A stretch of 64,000 bases of DNA from a virus. The position numbers were made by a program, and so were the translations under genes. The DNA lies in IMG/VR virus record IMGVR_UViG_3300034140_000002, positions 15,558-79,557 of that record. The stretch is one strand, 5' to 3'. Below, piece by piece: positions 55,397 through 63,994 of this stretch. How positions within the stretch are numbered: position 1 is the stretch's first letter; each line of letters opens with the position of its first letter. The notes under the pieces are model-generated. The model saw only the letters and a list, made by a program, of their open reading frames with translations, did not search any database and was not told the DNA's origin.

Positions 55397-56164
55397 ATGC
55401 CAAGAATTTATAATAGGAAAAGCTACGTAGGTGAGAAGTTTGGTAGACTCACCGTCCTTACCGATCTGGAAGATATCAAAAAAGGTAATTTGAATATACG
55501 TTTAGTGGCTACTTCTTGTGACTGTGGTGCTCGACATACTGTTCGTTTACATTCTCTAACAAATAGCACAATAGAATCTTGTGGTTGTCTCCGTTTGGAA
55601 AAAGCTAAACAAACTTGTATCGACCGTAACACAACTCACAATGATAGCGGAACTAAAGAGCATGTAGCTTGGAAAGCTATGGTGAAGAGGTGCTATAACG
55701 ATACCGGCCCAACTTATAAGTATTACGGTGAGCGGGGTATTAAGGTCCACGAAAACTGGCTTAATAACTACAAGCAATTTTTATTAGACATGGGTCGTGC
55801 GCCAGATGATTCCTCCGATTGGTCTGTTGGCAGAAAAGACAACAACGCTGATTACTCTGCAAGTAATTGTGTTTGGGAGGTCTGGGATAACCAAGCCCGT
55901 AACAAAGGAATGCAGACGAACAACACATCAGGTTTTACAGGTGTGTCAAAAAGATTTAAGAGAGGTATTCTACACTTTCAAGCTTACTGGGTAGACTCTG
56001 GAGTGCGCCATGAGCGTCTATTTTCTGCTCAAAAGTATGGTACAGAAGAAGCTTTAGCGTTGGCAGTAGAGTGCAGAAATACTATGATTAACGAAATGAA
56101 TACAAGAGGTGCTGGGTATTCGCCTGAGCACGGATTGCCACGTAAAGTAAAGGGTCTGCTATGA
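55397..56164 (+). CDS. Free-standing HNH homing endonuclease with AP2-like domain
   Basis: G.KFGRLTV, C.CG, SCGC, W.AM..RC, F..DMG..P, R.DNN..Y...NC.W, SG..GV. Confidence 0.85.
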   Translation: MPRIYNRKSYVGEKFGRLTVLTDLEDIKKGNLNIRLVATSCDCGARHTVRLHSLTNSTIESCGCLRLEKAKQTCIDRNTTHNDSGTKEHVAWKAMVKRCYNDTGPTYKYYGERGIKVHENWLNNYKQFLLDMGRAPDDSSDWSVGRKDNNADYSASNCVWEVWDNQARNKGMQTNNTSGFTGVSKRFKRGILHFQAYWVDSGVRHERLFSAQKYGTEEALALAVECRNTMINEMNTRGAGYSPEHGLPRKVKGLL

Positions 56165-56838
56165 CTTCTATTAAAATTGAACATCCTTTCGGTGCTCGTG
56201 CTGGTTCTGGGGATTCTGAAATGTGTTACCCGTTCGATGTATCCTACATTCCCGTTCGCTGTGGGACGTATATCATCAACCTGAATCGTGCTATTGAGGA
56301 AGTGGCACAATTTGACTACGCCATTCAAGCGATGAACATGGCTAACGAAGACGACGAGATTGAGATTCGTTTACAGTGCCCCGGAGGCTCTTTGGACGCA
56401 ACTGACGCCCTGATTCATGCCATGCGAAGCTGCAAAGCACCAATTCACACTGTAGCCACAGGTAATTGCTCTAGTGCTGCCAGTGCTATTCTCCTTGAGA
56501 GCCATTCTTTTGAATTGTCAGATGGATTTTCTAGCCTCATCCATTGTGGCTCTCTTGGGGCTGGAGGTGCGTTTAACGAGTTCAATGCGTCTACTAAGTT
56601 CCATCAAGAGTTCATGCCATCTTGGATGCGAAAGACTTATAATGGCTTCCTAACGGACGAAGAGATTGAAGGTCTTATTAAGGGTCAGGATATTTGGTTA
56701 AATGCAGAGCAGTGGGGGGAGCGTTACAACAAACGTAACGAGTGGGCCGCTAAGATTATGGAAGAAGCTATGAAGCCTGCTGCTAAGCCTCGTAAGAGTC
56801 GTGTTAAGAAAGCTGTTGACACAGCACAAGAGACGTAG
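56161..56838 (+). CDS. ClpP-like (S14) serine protease
   Basis: PGGSL, G.C.SAAS.I, IH motifs. Confidence 0.85.
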   Translation: MTSIKIEHPFGARAGSGDSEMCYPFDVSYIPVRCGTYIINLNRAIEEVAQFDYAIQAMNMANEDDEIEIRLQCPGGSLDATDALIHAMRSCKAPIHTVATGNCSSAASAILLESHSFELSDGFSSLIHCGSLGAGGAFNEFNASTKFHQEFMPSWMRKTYNGFLTDEEIEGLIKGQDIWLNAEQWGERYNKRNEWAAKIMEEAMKPAAKPRKSRVKKAVDTAQET

Positions 56839-56844
56839 TACTAT
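56816..56844 (+). promoter_or_regulatory. sigma70-like promoter overlapping end of ClpP-like gene
   Basis: TTGACA-17 bp-TACTAT; followed by hairpin 56845-56875 and T run. Confidence 0.6.
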
Positions 56845-56895
56845 AGACCCATCGGCTCAAGAGGCTCATGGGTCTTTTTAATTAGGGATAGAGTT

Positions 56896-57348
56896 ATGAA
56901 AATTATCTACAAGAGGGGCGACTTACTCTCCTGCGAGGAGCCTTGGATATTGCATGGCTGCAACGCTCAAGGTAAGATGGCTAGCGGAGTTGCTAAGCTT
57001 ATTCGTGCCAAGTATCCTAGTGCTCACACAGTTTATATGTGGCAATACGATAATGAGGAGATGCAGCTTGGGCGAGTGACTTACGCACAACAAGACGATG
57101 GGAAGACAATATTCAATGGCATTACTCAAGAGTTCTATGGCAAAGATGGTAGGAAATACGTCAGCTACAAAGCTATCGAGGATGTGCTATGGTGCCTAGA
57201 TCAGACAGCAGCGGCGCAAGACAAGATTGGCATCCACGTAGCAATGCCTATGATTGGTGCAGGGTTGGGCGGAGGTGATTGGGATGTCATTGAAGCCTTA
57301 ATTGAAGAAAATAGTTTTAACTTTCAACCAGTGGTGTATGTATTATGA
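56896..57348 (+). CDS. Macrodomain (ADP-ribose binding/hydrolase) protein
   Basis: GDLL, HGCN.QG.M.SGVA..IR.KYP, MP.IGAGLGGGDW. Confidence 0.9.
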   Translation: MKIIYKRGDLLSCEEPWILHGCNAQGKMASGVAKLIRAKYPSAHTVYMWQYDNEEMQLGRVTYAQQDDGKTIFNGITQEFYGKDGRKYVSYKAIEDVLWCLDQTAAAQDKIGIHVAMPMIGAGLGGGDWDVIEALIEENSFNFQPVVYVL

Positions 57349-57511
57349 AAATCTACTTAGTGGTAGAAGAATACAAGCAAGTCAAGTCAGTGATCACTTG
57401 TTGGGAAGATTACGATAGAGTTGACTACTCCTACGAGGGTGCTAAGAAATTATGCGACAGGTGGAACGAAGCTTACCCGCATATTAAATACTCCATCAAA
57501 GAGGTGGAGCT

Positions 57512-57703
57512 ATGAGCCACGGTAAAACATTCTTAGTGTTCCCAAAGTCCACAGAACAAATCATGTGGGAGAGTATTCGTCACGAGCTTTCTCGGCAGTA
57601 TGTTGTGCCAGAACATATGTCAGCAGCGGATATGGCAGAATTCATTGTAAAGCTCAGCGGAGTTAAGCTACACACTGTAGGAGTTAGTTATGAAGGCTCT
57701 TAA
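57512..57703 (+). CDS. Hypothetical protein
   Basis: GGAG SD, gene run. Confidence 0.55.
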   Translation: MSHGKTFLVFPKSTEQIMWESIRHELSRQYVVPEHMSAADMAEFIVKLSGVKLHTVGVSYEGS

Positions 57704-57908
57704 ACGCCTCTGGCAAACAATCGAAGCTTGGTATAATCACGGCATGCACTGGAAAGACTTCTGGTTTTATGTACAGGATGACGACGACAACGAGCTTAGC
57801 TCAGAGTTTATCGAGTGCTACAAACAGTCTGACATTGTGGCTTATTGCACACGTGTAGATGGTAGCAAATATTATTTATTGTCCAGTGGACGAAAGGTGG
57901 AAGTGTGA
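57690..57908 (+). CDS. Hypothetical protein
   Basis: AGGAG SD, overlap. Confidence 0.55.
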   Translation: MKALKRLWQTIEAWYNHGMHWKDFWFYVQDDDDNELSSEFIECYKQSDIVAYCTRVDGSKYYLLSSGRKVEV

Positions 57909-58264
57909 GCTATTGCCGATGGAGCAGCAACAATTGGAAGTGTGACCTATACATATACCAAACCACTAACGGCTACTACACCACACATGTAGCTCGTAAT
58001 CGCGTTGTCGGGGAAGTACCTTTCTCAGATTGGAGTAGTCCTGAAACACTATACGCTTCGGAGAAGGCTCAGGCTGACTTCTTAGACACATGTAGGCGGG
58101 AGCCTATTGGCCTCCCTTGCGATGGCATGACATTTGAGTATGACTCTCTGACAGACTTGTGTGCCAGTGTTGTAAAACTGCAAGCTATGGGGTATATTGT
58201 GCCGCAGTGGGTGGTGGATGGTATTTTGGATGAGTTAGAGGATTTAGATGATGAGTGTGAATGA
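57905..58264 (+). CDS. Hypothetical protein
   Basis: SYCRWSS...CDLYIY N-terminus, coupled. Confidence 0.6.
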   Translation: MSYCRWSSNNWKCDLYIYQTTNGYYTTHVARNRVVGEVPFSDWSSPETLYASEKAQADFLDTCRREPIGLPCDGMTFEYDSLTDLCASVVKLQAMGYIVPQWVVDGILDELEDLDDECE

Positions 58265-58454
58265 TATTACAGGCGACCCGATTCGCACGGATGTGCCTTC
58301 TAAGAAATACAAGGGTGGCTGGGAGTTGATTTGGGGAGATAACGGCCCCTCCTCTGGTGCTAGTGATGAGGAGCTTATTGAAAAGATTGTTGAGCGTGAT
58401 AGCAAAGAGCCTATGCCAGAAAGCTGCACCCGTTCTACTATGGTGGCATCGTGA
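58248..58454 (+). CDS. Hypothetical protein
   Basis: NDITGD.I.T..PSK.Y..GW..IWG pattern. Confidence 0.55.
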   Translation: MMSVNDITGDPIRTDVPSKKYKGGWELIWGDNGPSSGASDEELIEKIVERDSKEPMPESCTRSTMVAS

Positions 58455-58975
58455 GCACAATAACAATCCTAGAACATTCCTCAGCCAGCTACGCCCCTCG
58501 CACATACGCTAATGCTGCCAAGGGTGATGTTACTATTGCGCTTGCTGTGGACTACACTACAGCAGGAGAGAGGCTTACGCACAAGGCTGCTGGGGATAAG
58601 TATTTGAAGCTTGATCCTTGGGATAAACGTGAGCACAATGCTGCACTGCTAGACGAATGGCTTTATGCTATTGATGGTAAAGTAATCAATGTGGCAGGTA
58701 ACGGTATTTACACACTTATGAAATACAGAGTCTCACAAGCTAAGGTGAATCAGTATCTTTTGGATGTACTCACCATCGTCCATAGCGCTACACCAATCAC
58801 TAAGATTGTCTCCGGTGGACAGACTGGTGTAGACATTGCAGGAGGATGGGCAGGAGTGAAGCTGGGCATTGATGTTGAGCTTTTGCTGCCCAAAGGGTTC
58901 AAGCAGCGTCATGAGGATGGGATTGATGTGACGCATACACGAGAGGAAATAATGGAGCAATTATATGCTGACTAA
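58451..58975 (+). CDS. SLOG-superfamily protein (MoCo-carrier-like)
   Basis: RT..N....D.TI, INVAGN, IVSGGQTGVD.AG...A, PKG. Confidence 0.8.
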   Translation: MSTITILEHSSASYAPRTYANAAKGDVTIALAVDYTTAGERLTHKAAGDKYLKLDPWDKREHNAALLDEWLYAIDGKVINVAGNGIYTLMKYRVSQAKVNQYLLDVLTIVHSATPITKIVSGGQTGVDIAGGWAGVKLGIDVELLLPKGFKQRHEDGIDVTHTREEIMEQLYAD

Positions 58976-59237
58976 AGACGGCTGGAAGCTCTCTGCAAGT
59001 GTCCAATGGGAGCCATTAGAATATGATGAGGAGGTTACTTGCCTAATTTGCAGAGGTAGTGGTAAGGGCTTTTCTTGGGATGAGTACAATCGACCACCTT
59101 GTTATTCATGCGAAGGGATTGGTTTTCGATACACCAACCACCCTCGTGGGCAGCAGCCCCCTGTAGACCCGGAGCTTATGAGAATGCTCCAAGCCGCTTA
59201 TCAGGAATGGCTTAAGCTGTCTTCTTCCTCTCCTTAG
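58965..59237 (+). CDS. Small protein with DnaJ-type CxxCxGxG zinc finger
   Basis: CLICRGSG and CYSCEGIG. Confidence 0.6.
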   Translation: MLTKDGWKLSASVQWEPLEYDEEVTCLICRGSGKGFSWDEYNRPPCYSCEGIGFRYTNHPRGQQPPVDPELMRMLQAAYQEWLKLSSSSP

Positions 59238-59859
59238 CCTGCTTCTCCTGCTTCTCCCACAGTTCCTTGTAGGCTGGCAACTCATCCTTCCACTTCTTGA
59301 CAGCTTGCAGGATGGTGTTGCGGTCATACCCCCACTTGGAGGACAGGCTGTCCAGCACCACGCCTGCTGCTCGCTCCTCACAAATCTTAGCTAGATGTGG
59401 GTATGGAATACGGAGGGGCCTCCCTAGACGAGTCCCTTGTGCCTTGGTGCGAGCAAGGCCATCCTTAGTACGCTCTACAATACTGTCCCTCTCATTCTCA
59501 GCGAAGATGGCAAACACCCCCAACATCACCTTACCCATTGGGGAGGACAGGGGGACATTCCCAAGCTGGAGAATAATCACCTCAATCCCCTGCTCCAACA
59601 ATCCCTCCACCATCGTCAGTACATCAGACGCCTTCCTACCAATCCTATCTACCCTTGTAAATACGATAGTGTCTCCTGCCATTACAGTGGCTAGCATATC
59701 TGCAAATGCAGGACGGCTGCGAGCTTTCATCTTCCCGCTTACAGCGTGCTCCTCAAACCATTTGTCCACTGGCACCTTCTGCTGAAGCTCGATAACCTGA
59801 CGCTGATTATCGCTCGTCTGCTCGTCCCTACTCACGCGCCCATATCCGTAAATTGCCAT
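59212..59859 (-). CDS. Small serine recombinase (resolvase/invertase family)
   Basis: YGYGRVS (catalytic Ser10), SG....RP, GDT.V..R.DR.GR, AE.ER..I.ERT..GL, GRP, C-terminal HTH. Confidence 0.93.
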   Translation of the reverse strand: MAIYGYGRVSRDEQTSDNQRQVIELQQKVPVDKWFEEHAVSGKMKARSRPAFADMLATVMAGDTIVFTRVDRIGRKASDVLTMVEGLLEQGIEVIILQLGNVPLSSPMGKVMLGVFAIFAENERDSIVERTKDGLARTKAQGTRLGRPLRIPYPHLAKICEERAAGVVLDSLSSKWGYDRNTILQAVKKWKDELPAYKELWEKQEKQAKERKKTA

Positions 59860-59879
59860 TTTGTTGCTCCTTATTTATA

Positions 59880-59952
59880 TACAACTCTCAGGTTGTAAAT
59901 GTGTTTTACAGCTTATGGGTTGTAGAATATCACGAGTATGCAAAACGGTCAA
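59880..59952 (-). promoter_or_regulatory. Recombinase promoter with two palindromic sites (res-like)
   Basis: Minus strand TTGACC-17 bp-TATTCT (59924-59952); TACAAC-N6-GTTGTA at 59880-59897 and TACAGC-N6-GTTGTA at 59907-59924. Confidence 0.6.
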
Positions 59953-60749
59953 GCACTATTTTCATATGCGTGAATTTAGGCGGGATTCTTCCTATATTTT
60001 TGGTCTGATAACGCGCTCAGACAACGCGCAATCGTCAGGCACGAATACTTGTCAGAGAGTAAATATGGGGGCAATTATTACTACTTTATGGCGAGGGTAA
60101 TTTTAGGATAAAAATTTTTAGGAAAAGGGCGTATTTCAACACTATCTGTAGTAGGCTTGGGAGGGAATATTTGGCAGAAGATTGGTAGGATATTTGTAGG
60201 CTATTTGTAGGGAAATTATATTTATTTTAGGGGTATTCAGGAGGGAGTGGGGTGTTTCTGATAAGGATTAGGAGGCACAAAGGGTGTTTAACTGCCCCGG
60301 CCTGCCCTGATTTGTGCGTTCTAAGCCGTTAAAATATGCCTAGGAGACGCGTTCATTGGGTGCCTGCTACCTACCCCTACCCCACATTTGAACGCCTTAT
60401 ACGTCCTCTAATCGCTTCCTATGAATTGGTATTACATCCCTATCTGTATGGATAACGACTGATTGCCATACTCTGTCACCCTCTGCCCCTGTGTGCGTAT
60501 GTCATTGATTGGTAAGGGAATGGGGCATCTGTAAGGGTGCATAGGCTCACATAGATAGGCTGCTGTAGGCAGGCTTGCCCCTGTAGAAAGGGGGCTTTTG
60601 GCGAGGCTATGATGCCCTCTGTGTGTATGTTGCTGCGAAGAAACATCTGCTCATTATGTGTTGCTTGTGTGCAATACTTACACTCACCAGTGTACTTTAT
60701 ACAAAGAAGAATGACGCGATGAGCGGTGTAACCCATCGGTTACTAATAG

Positions 60750-60811
60750 TTATCCACAGCCCACCCTAGTTATCCACAGAGTTATCCACAGGCAGAATAA
60801 AGTTATCCACA
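60750..60811 (+). repeat. Four direct copies of the DnaA box TTATCCACA
   Basis: At 60750, 60770, 60782, 60803, each within AGTTATCCACAG. Confidence 0.9.
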
Positions 60812-60970
60812 GGTGTAATACTCTACCAATACACCCCCACCCTAGAGATGATTGTCTACTTGTCCACATATAAGCCTCCCCTAAGCCCCTCCCTCACAAC
60901 ACCCTACCTTACCTACTGCCTCCTGTGCTAGCGTCGCTCTGTGCCCCTCCTATAGCCTCTGTAGGGACGT

Positions 60971-60993
60971 AAAAAAGCCGTCTCTAGGACGGC
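60971..60993 (-). terminator. Rho-independent terminator of leftward early operon
   Basis: GCCGTC-CTAGA-GACGGC-TTTTTT on minus strand. Confidence 0.85.
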
Positions 60994-61148
60994 CCCTCAT
61001 GTGCTACTTTCTTTGCCTGCTGCCTTGCTGCTTTCCTCTTTGCCTTATCCACTACATACCGGCACCACTTCTTACTCCCACTCTTACCAGTGCAACATCC
61101 CCACCTGCACTCTAACTTATCCCTTCGGCTATGCCCGTATGCCTTCAT
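60984..61148 (-). CDS. Small basic Cys-rich protein
   Basis: MKAYG..RRDKLECRWGCC...KRKAARQ; GGGGG SD-like before ATG 61148. Confidence 0.6.
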   Translation of the reverse strand: MKAYGHSRRDKLECRWGCCTGKSGSKKWCRYVVDKAKRKAARQQAKKVAHEGPS

Positions 61149-61249
61149 ATCACCCCCTTGCATCCATCCAACCATCATACCATGCGTCATAGTCATTACT
61201 AGCCCATGCATAAGGATTATCATCCCTACTCACCCCCCTACCATACGCC

Positions 61250-61432
61250 TTATGTCCCTGCTCGTATGCTGTCATAACCTACCCTCCCCAATAACCCCTT
61301 AAGCAACGTATGCCGCTCTACCAACTCCTGTTTCCTCTCTTGTTCCACCTGTGCGGGAGACTTCATCCATAGTGGGAGCTTATAGAGATGCTCATAAGGA
61401 TTAATCTCTACTTGGAATAACTGTCCGCTCAT
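61250..61432 (-). CDS. Hypothetical early protein
   Basis: Coupled ORF. Confidence 0.55.
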   Translation of the reverse strand: MSGQLFQVEINPYEHLYKLPLWMKSPAQVEQERKQELVERHTLLKGLLGRVGYDSIRAGT

Positions 61433-61665
61433 AATGGCCCCTTATTCACCGTCGCTGCACTACCTACCCTAGCCACTTCTGTACCATCCATGTTCAAGCA
61501 GCGTATAGCCACTGTATCAGGATTAATCTGTTTGTATAAGGCCCACTCTTCAGAGTACCAGCGCATCTCGTAATCATGCATAGGGGTCTTAGTAGCCACG
61601 CTCAAGGGCTGCCATACGTTACCCTTATCCTGCTTGCACTCGTATTTGTATTTGTAGATACTCAT
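61429..61665 (-). CDS. Hypothetical early protein
   Basis: Coupled ORF. Confidence 0.6.
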   Translation of the reverse strand: MSIYKYKYECKQDKGNVWQPLSVATKTPMHDYEMRWYSEEWALYKQINPDTVAIRCLNMDGTEVARVGSAATVNKGPL

Positions 61666-61919
61666 TTCATTTCCTCAACTTTACTCACAACGATATTTCT
61701 TACTTTCACAAGCAATGTATTCACAGCTTGGATATCGTCAACCGAACAAGTTACAATAAGCTGTGGACCAAAATGCCCGTTCCACTCTAGGCTGTCAATT
61801 CCAATTTCCTTTGGAAACCAACTCAATATTACTTCGTAATCCTGCGCATCCATAATCAAGAATTCTTCGACGGTCATCACAACACCAAAAGTAATACTGT
61901 GCAATTCTGTATACATCAT
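61662..61919 (-). CDS. Hypothetical early protein
   Basis: Coupled ORF. Confidence 0.6.
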   Translation of the reverse strand: MMYTELHSITFGVVMTVEEFLIMDAQDYEVILSWFPKEIGIDSLEWNGHFGPQLIVTCSVDDIQAVNTLLVKVRNIVVSKVEEMK

Positions 61920-62161
61920 TTCATTCCCTCAATACGCGCCCTGTGCGCCTCGACATCCTGCATAGTTAAAATGCTAGCTTTGCTAATCCTGTACTCCCCT
62001 GTTGCAAGCAAATTGGACAGCCATTGCAAGGAATACCACTCACTAGGGAAAGCACAGCCCCGCTGCTTACCAATGTAGGGCACCCAATCTGTATATTCAG
62101 TGGCACGAATACTGATGGCTTGTTTTCTCATTTCACCCCCGCGCATGTCATCCCTAAACAA
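61916..62161 (-). CDS. Hypothetical early protein
   Basis: Coupled ORF; start may be 62131. Confidence 0.55.
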   Translation of the reverse strand: MFRDDMRGGEMRKQAISIRATEYTDWVPYIGKQRGCAFPSEWYSLQWLSNLLATGEYRISKASILTMQDVEAHRARIEGMK

Positions 62162-62313
62162 AACCCGATAAATGCGCTGTCTGTATCACTGTCCGTATAG
62201 TGATGGAATTGCCCGTTTAGTTCAACAATACCTAAAGGGAAATTAACATGCTTCAGTACATCTTGACTAGTGACAACACGTTCAAATAGAATTCTCTTTT
62301 CTTGCCTGTTCAT
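62128..62313 (-). CDS. Hypothetical early protein
   Basis: AGGAG SD. Confidence 0.6.
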   Translation of the reverse strand: MNRQEKRILFERVVTSQDVLKHVNFPLGIVELNGQFHHYTDSDTDSAFIGFCLGMTCAGVK

Positions 62314-62325
62314 TTCGCCATACTC

Positions 62326-62583
62326 CTAAGAATAATCCGCGTTCGCGGCTTTGCGCAGCAAGAATTCATTAGCCTTAAACATGACACATGCTTCGGCCTC
62401 CTCTTTTGTCAAGCCTGCTGCAACGCAAGTACAAATAACTTCATACCCCAATCCTTGACGTTGGCTCACCACATAGCAACCGCTCTGAGGATTATGCCAC
62501 ATAAAGAAAGGCGAATACTGCTCAGCCTGTTCTACGTCGGAAACGAATGTTACTCTCTGATTCTTAAGCATTTGGAGGTACAT
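62326..62583 (-). CDS. Hypothetical early protein
   Basis: AAGGAG SD. Confidence 0.6.
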   Translation of the reverse strand: MYLQMLKNQRVTFVSDVEQAEQYSPFFMWHNPQSGCYVVSQRQGLGYEVICTCVAAGLTKEEAEACVMFKANEFLLRKAANADYS

Positions 62584-62764
62584 TGTGTTTCTCCTTATCC
62601 ATCACTCTAAACGACTCTTGCACCCCTAACATCCACTGCTTTGCATCTTCTGTGCCATAATCGTAGGGGTTCCCGTCCCACCAGCAGTACCACGAGTCCC
62701 GGCCCCTGTCATATGCAGTTCTGTACAAGGGGTCAAAAGAGAAATCGTAATCTATCATAATCAA
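62564..62764 (-). CDS. Rmf/CrpP-like small protein
   Basis: AYDRGRDSW....GNPY......KQWMLG..ES. Confidence 0.55.
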   Translation of the reverse strand: MIMIDYDFSFDPLYRTAYDRGRDSWYCWWDGNPYDYGTEDAKQWMLGVQESFRVMDKEKHNVPPNA

Positions 62765-63060
62765 CCCCTGTTAGTGGTGTGCCACCTCGACCGCAAGCTA
62801 TCCATAGGCAAGCCATTCTTCCGAATCAATGCATGATGCTCTTGCACCTTGGCAATACGTGCATCCTCTTCTGCTTCGTGACGCGCCTTGACAATAGCCA
62901 CAGCCTTGGCAATCTTCTCTGCCGACATACCTTCCAACACATCGCTGATATGGTCAACGAATGGTTTACGCTCCAAGTCTGCCAGTTCGCCCATGCTAGG
63001 CTCAAAGCGGTATTTACTGCCGTTGATGTAGCGGATTCCGGTGAAGTAGGCTTTGGACAT
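62761..63060 (-). CDS. Hypothetical early protein
   Basis: AGGAG SD directly downstream of promoter. Confidence 0.65.
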   Translation of the reverse strand: MSKAYFTGIRYINGSKYRFEPSMGELADLERKPFVDHISDVLEGMSAEKIAKAVAIVKARHEAEEDARIAKVQEHHALIRKNGLPMDSLRSRWHTTNRG

Positions 63061-63092
63061 TTTAGGCTCCTGAGTGGTTAGTTGATGTATTG

Positions 63093-63121
63093 ATTATGGG
63101 CCTCCACTCAGGCCCTGTCAA
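63093..63121 (-). promoter_or_regulatory. Strong early-type sigma70 promoter
   Basis: TTGACA-GGGCCTGAGTGGAGGCC-CATAAT. Confidence 0.8.
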
Positions 63122-63128
63122 GCTTATT

Positions 63129-63353
63129 TCAAGCTAATCTCATCTTGAGGATTTTATACAACAAATCAATCTCGTCCTTGTCTTCCACATACTTACCACC
63201 TACAGGCCATGCGTAGTAAACAACCTTACCATCACGCACAAGCTGCCCTATCATCTTCTGAGCCACTTGCTCCCTGCGCTGCAACACTTCATCGGCTTTG
63301 GCTTCCAATGTGAAGCGGCGTTTCTCGCGTGCATTGAGTTGAATTTCGTTCAT
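63129..63353 (-). CDS. Hypothetical early protein
   Basis: GGAG SD. Confidence 0.6.
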   Translation of the reverse strand: MNEIQLNAREKRRFTLEAKADEVLQRREQVAQKMIGQLVRDGKVVYYAWPVGGKYVEDKDEIDLLYKILKMRLA

Positions 63354-63540
63354 GATCAGTTGCTCCAGAAAAACACACGAACATCACGATTGTCCAACTC
63401 TACCACTACAGCGTTAAAGCCACGTGCGCGGTGAAACTCTGCCTCACTGGTTGCCATACCCATTGCAGAGAATTGGCCGGAGATGTGCATTTGCTTGTTC
63501 ATGATGTTTTCCTTTAGTGGGGTTCGCTTGGTATGTATGA

Positions 63541-63569
63541 ACTATAGCAAGCCTAAAACACCATGTCAA
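63541..63569 (-). promoter_or_regulatory. Strong early-type sigma70 promoter
   Basis: TTGACA-17 bp-TATAGT. Confidence 0.8.
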
Positions 63570-63691
63570 GCTTATTTTAAGCTAATTTCTATCGTTGTAA
63601 ATTATCAACACCATCAACCATATTGGACCTGTGAGAATAAATATAGGAAACAACACTGGCATTGCAACGAATGCCACAGCCCTCAATAAAT

Positions 63692-63925
63692 TCAGCATTT
63701 CACACCCTTCTTAGCGGCCTTATAAGCTGCCATAAAATCAGCCTTCCAATTCCTGTCAATAACATACCCTTCCGAATAAGCGTCATCATCTGGGCAACCA
63801 TCGTTCTTAAACTCTTTGTCAAGGATGGCGCACACTGCCTTTACTTCTGCCTCATCGCCCTCTACAATCATCCAGACCATACCGCGTTGGAAGCTGCCTT
63901 CTTTCTTCTGCTCGTATGCTTTCAT
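63692..63925 (-). CDS. Hypothetical early protein
   Basis: GGAG SD downstream of promoter. Confidence 0.65.
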   Translation of the reverse strand: MKAYEQKKEGSFQRGMVWMIVEGDEAEVKAVCAILDKEFKNDGCPDDDAYSEGYVIDRNWKADFMAAYKAAKKGVKC

Positions 63926-63966
63926 GATTTGTTCTCCGCTATGTGTTTGCCTACTCGATGTAATGA

Positions 63967-63994
63967 ATTATACACCCTTCAACGAAGCATGCAA
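63967..63994 (-). promoter_or_regulatory. sigma70-like promoter
   Basis: TTGCAT-16 bp-TATAAT. Confidence 0.55.

Noticed and set aside
59212-59859. Integrase (temperate integration) or tail-fibre invertase
   Set aside because: Only 215 aa, lacks the recombinase and zinc-ribbon domains of large serine integrases; no inverted-repeat-flanked fibre cassette seen and the fibre gene is over 30 kb away
60750-60811. CRISPR mini-array
   Set aside because: Repeat is only 12 bp with 0-9 bp gaps; no cas genes; matches DnaA box instead
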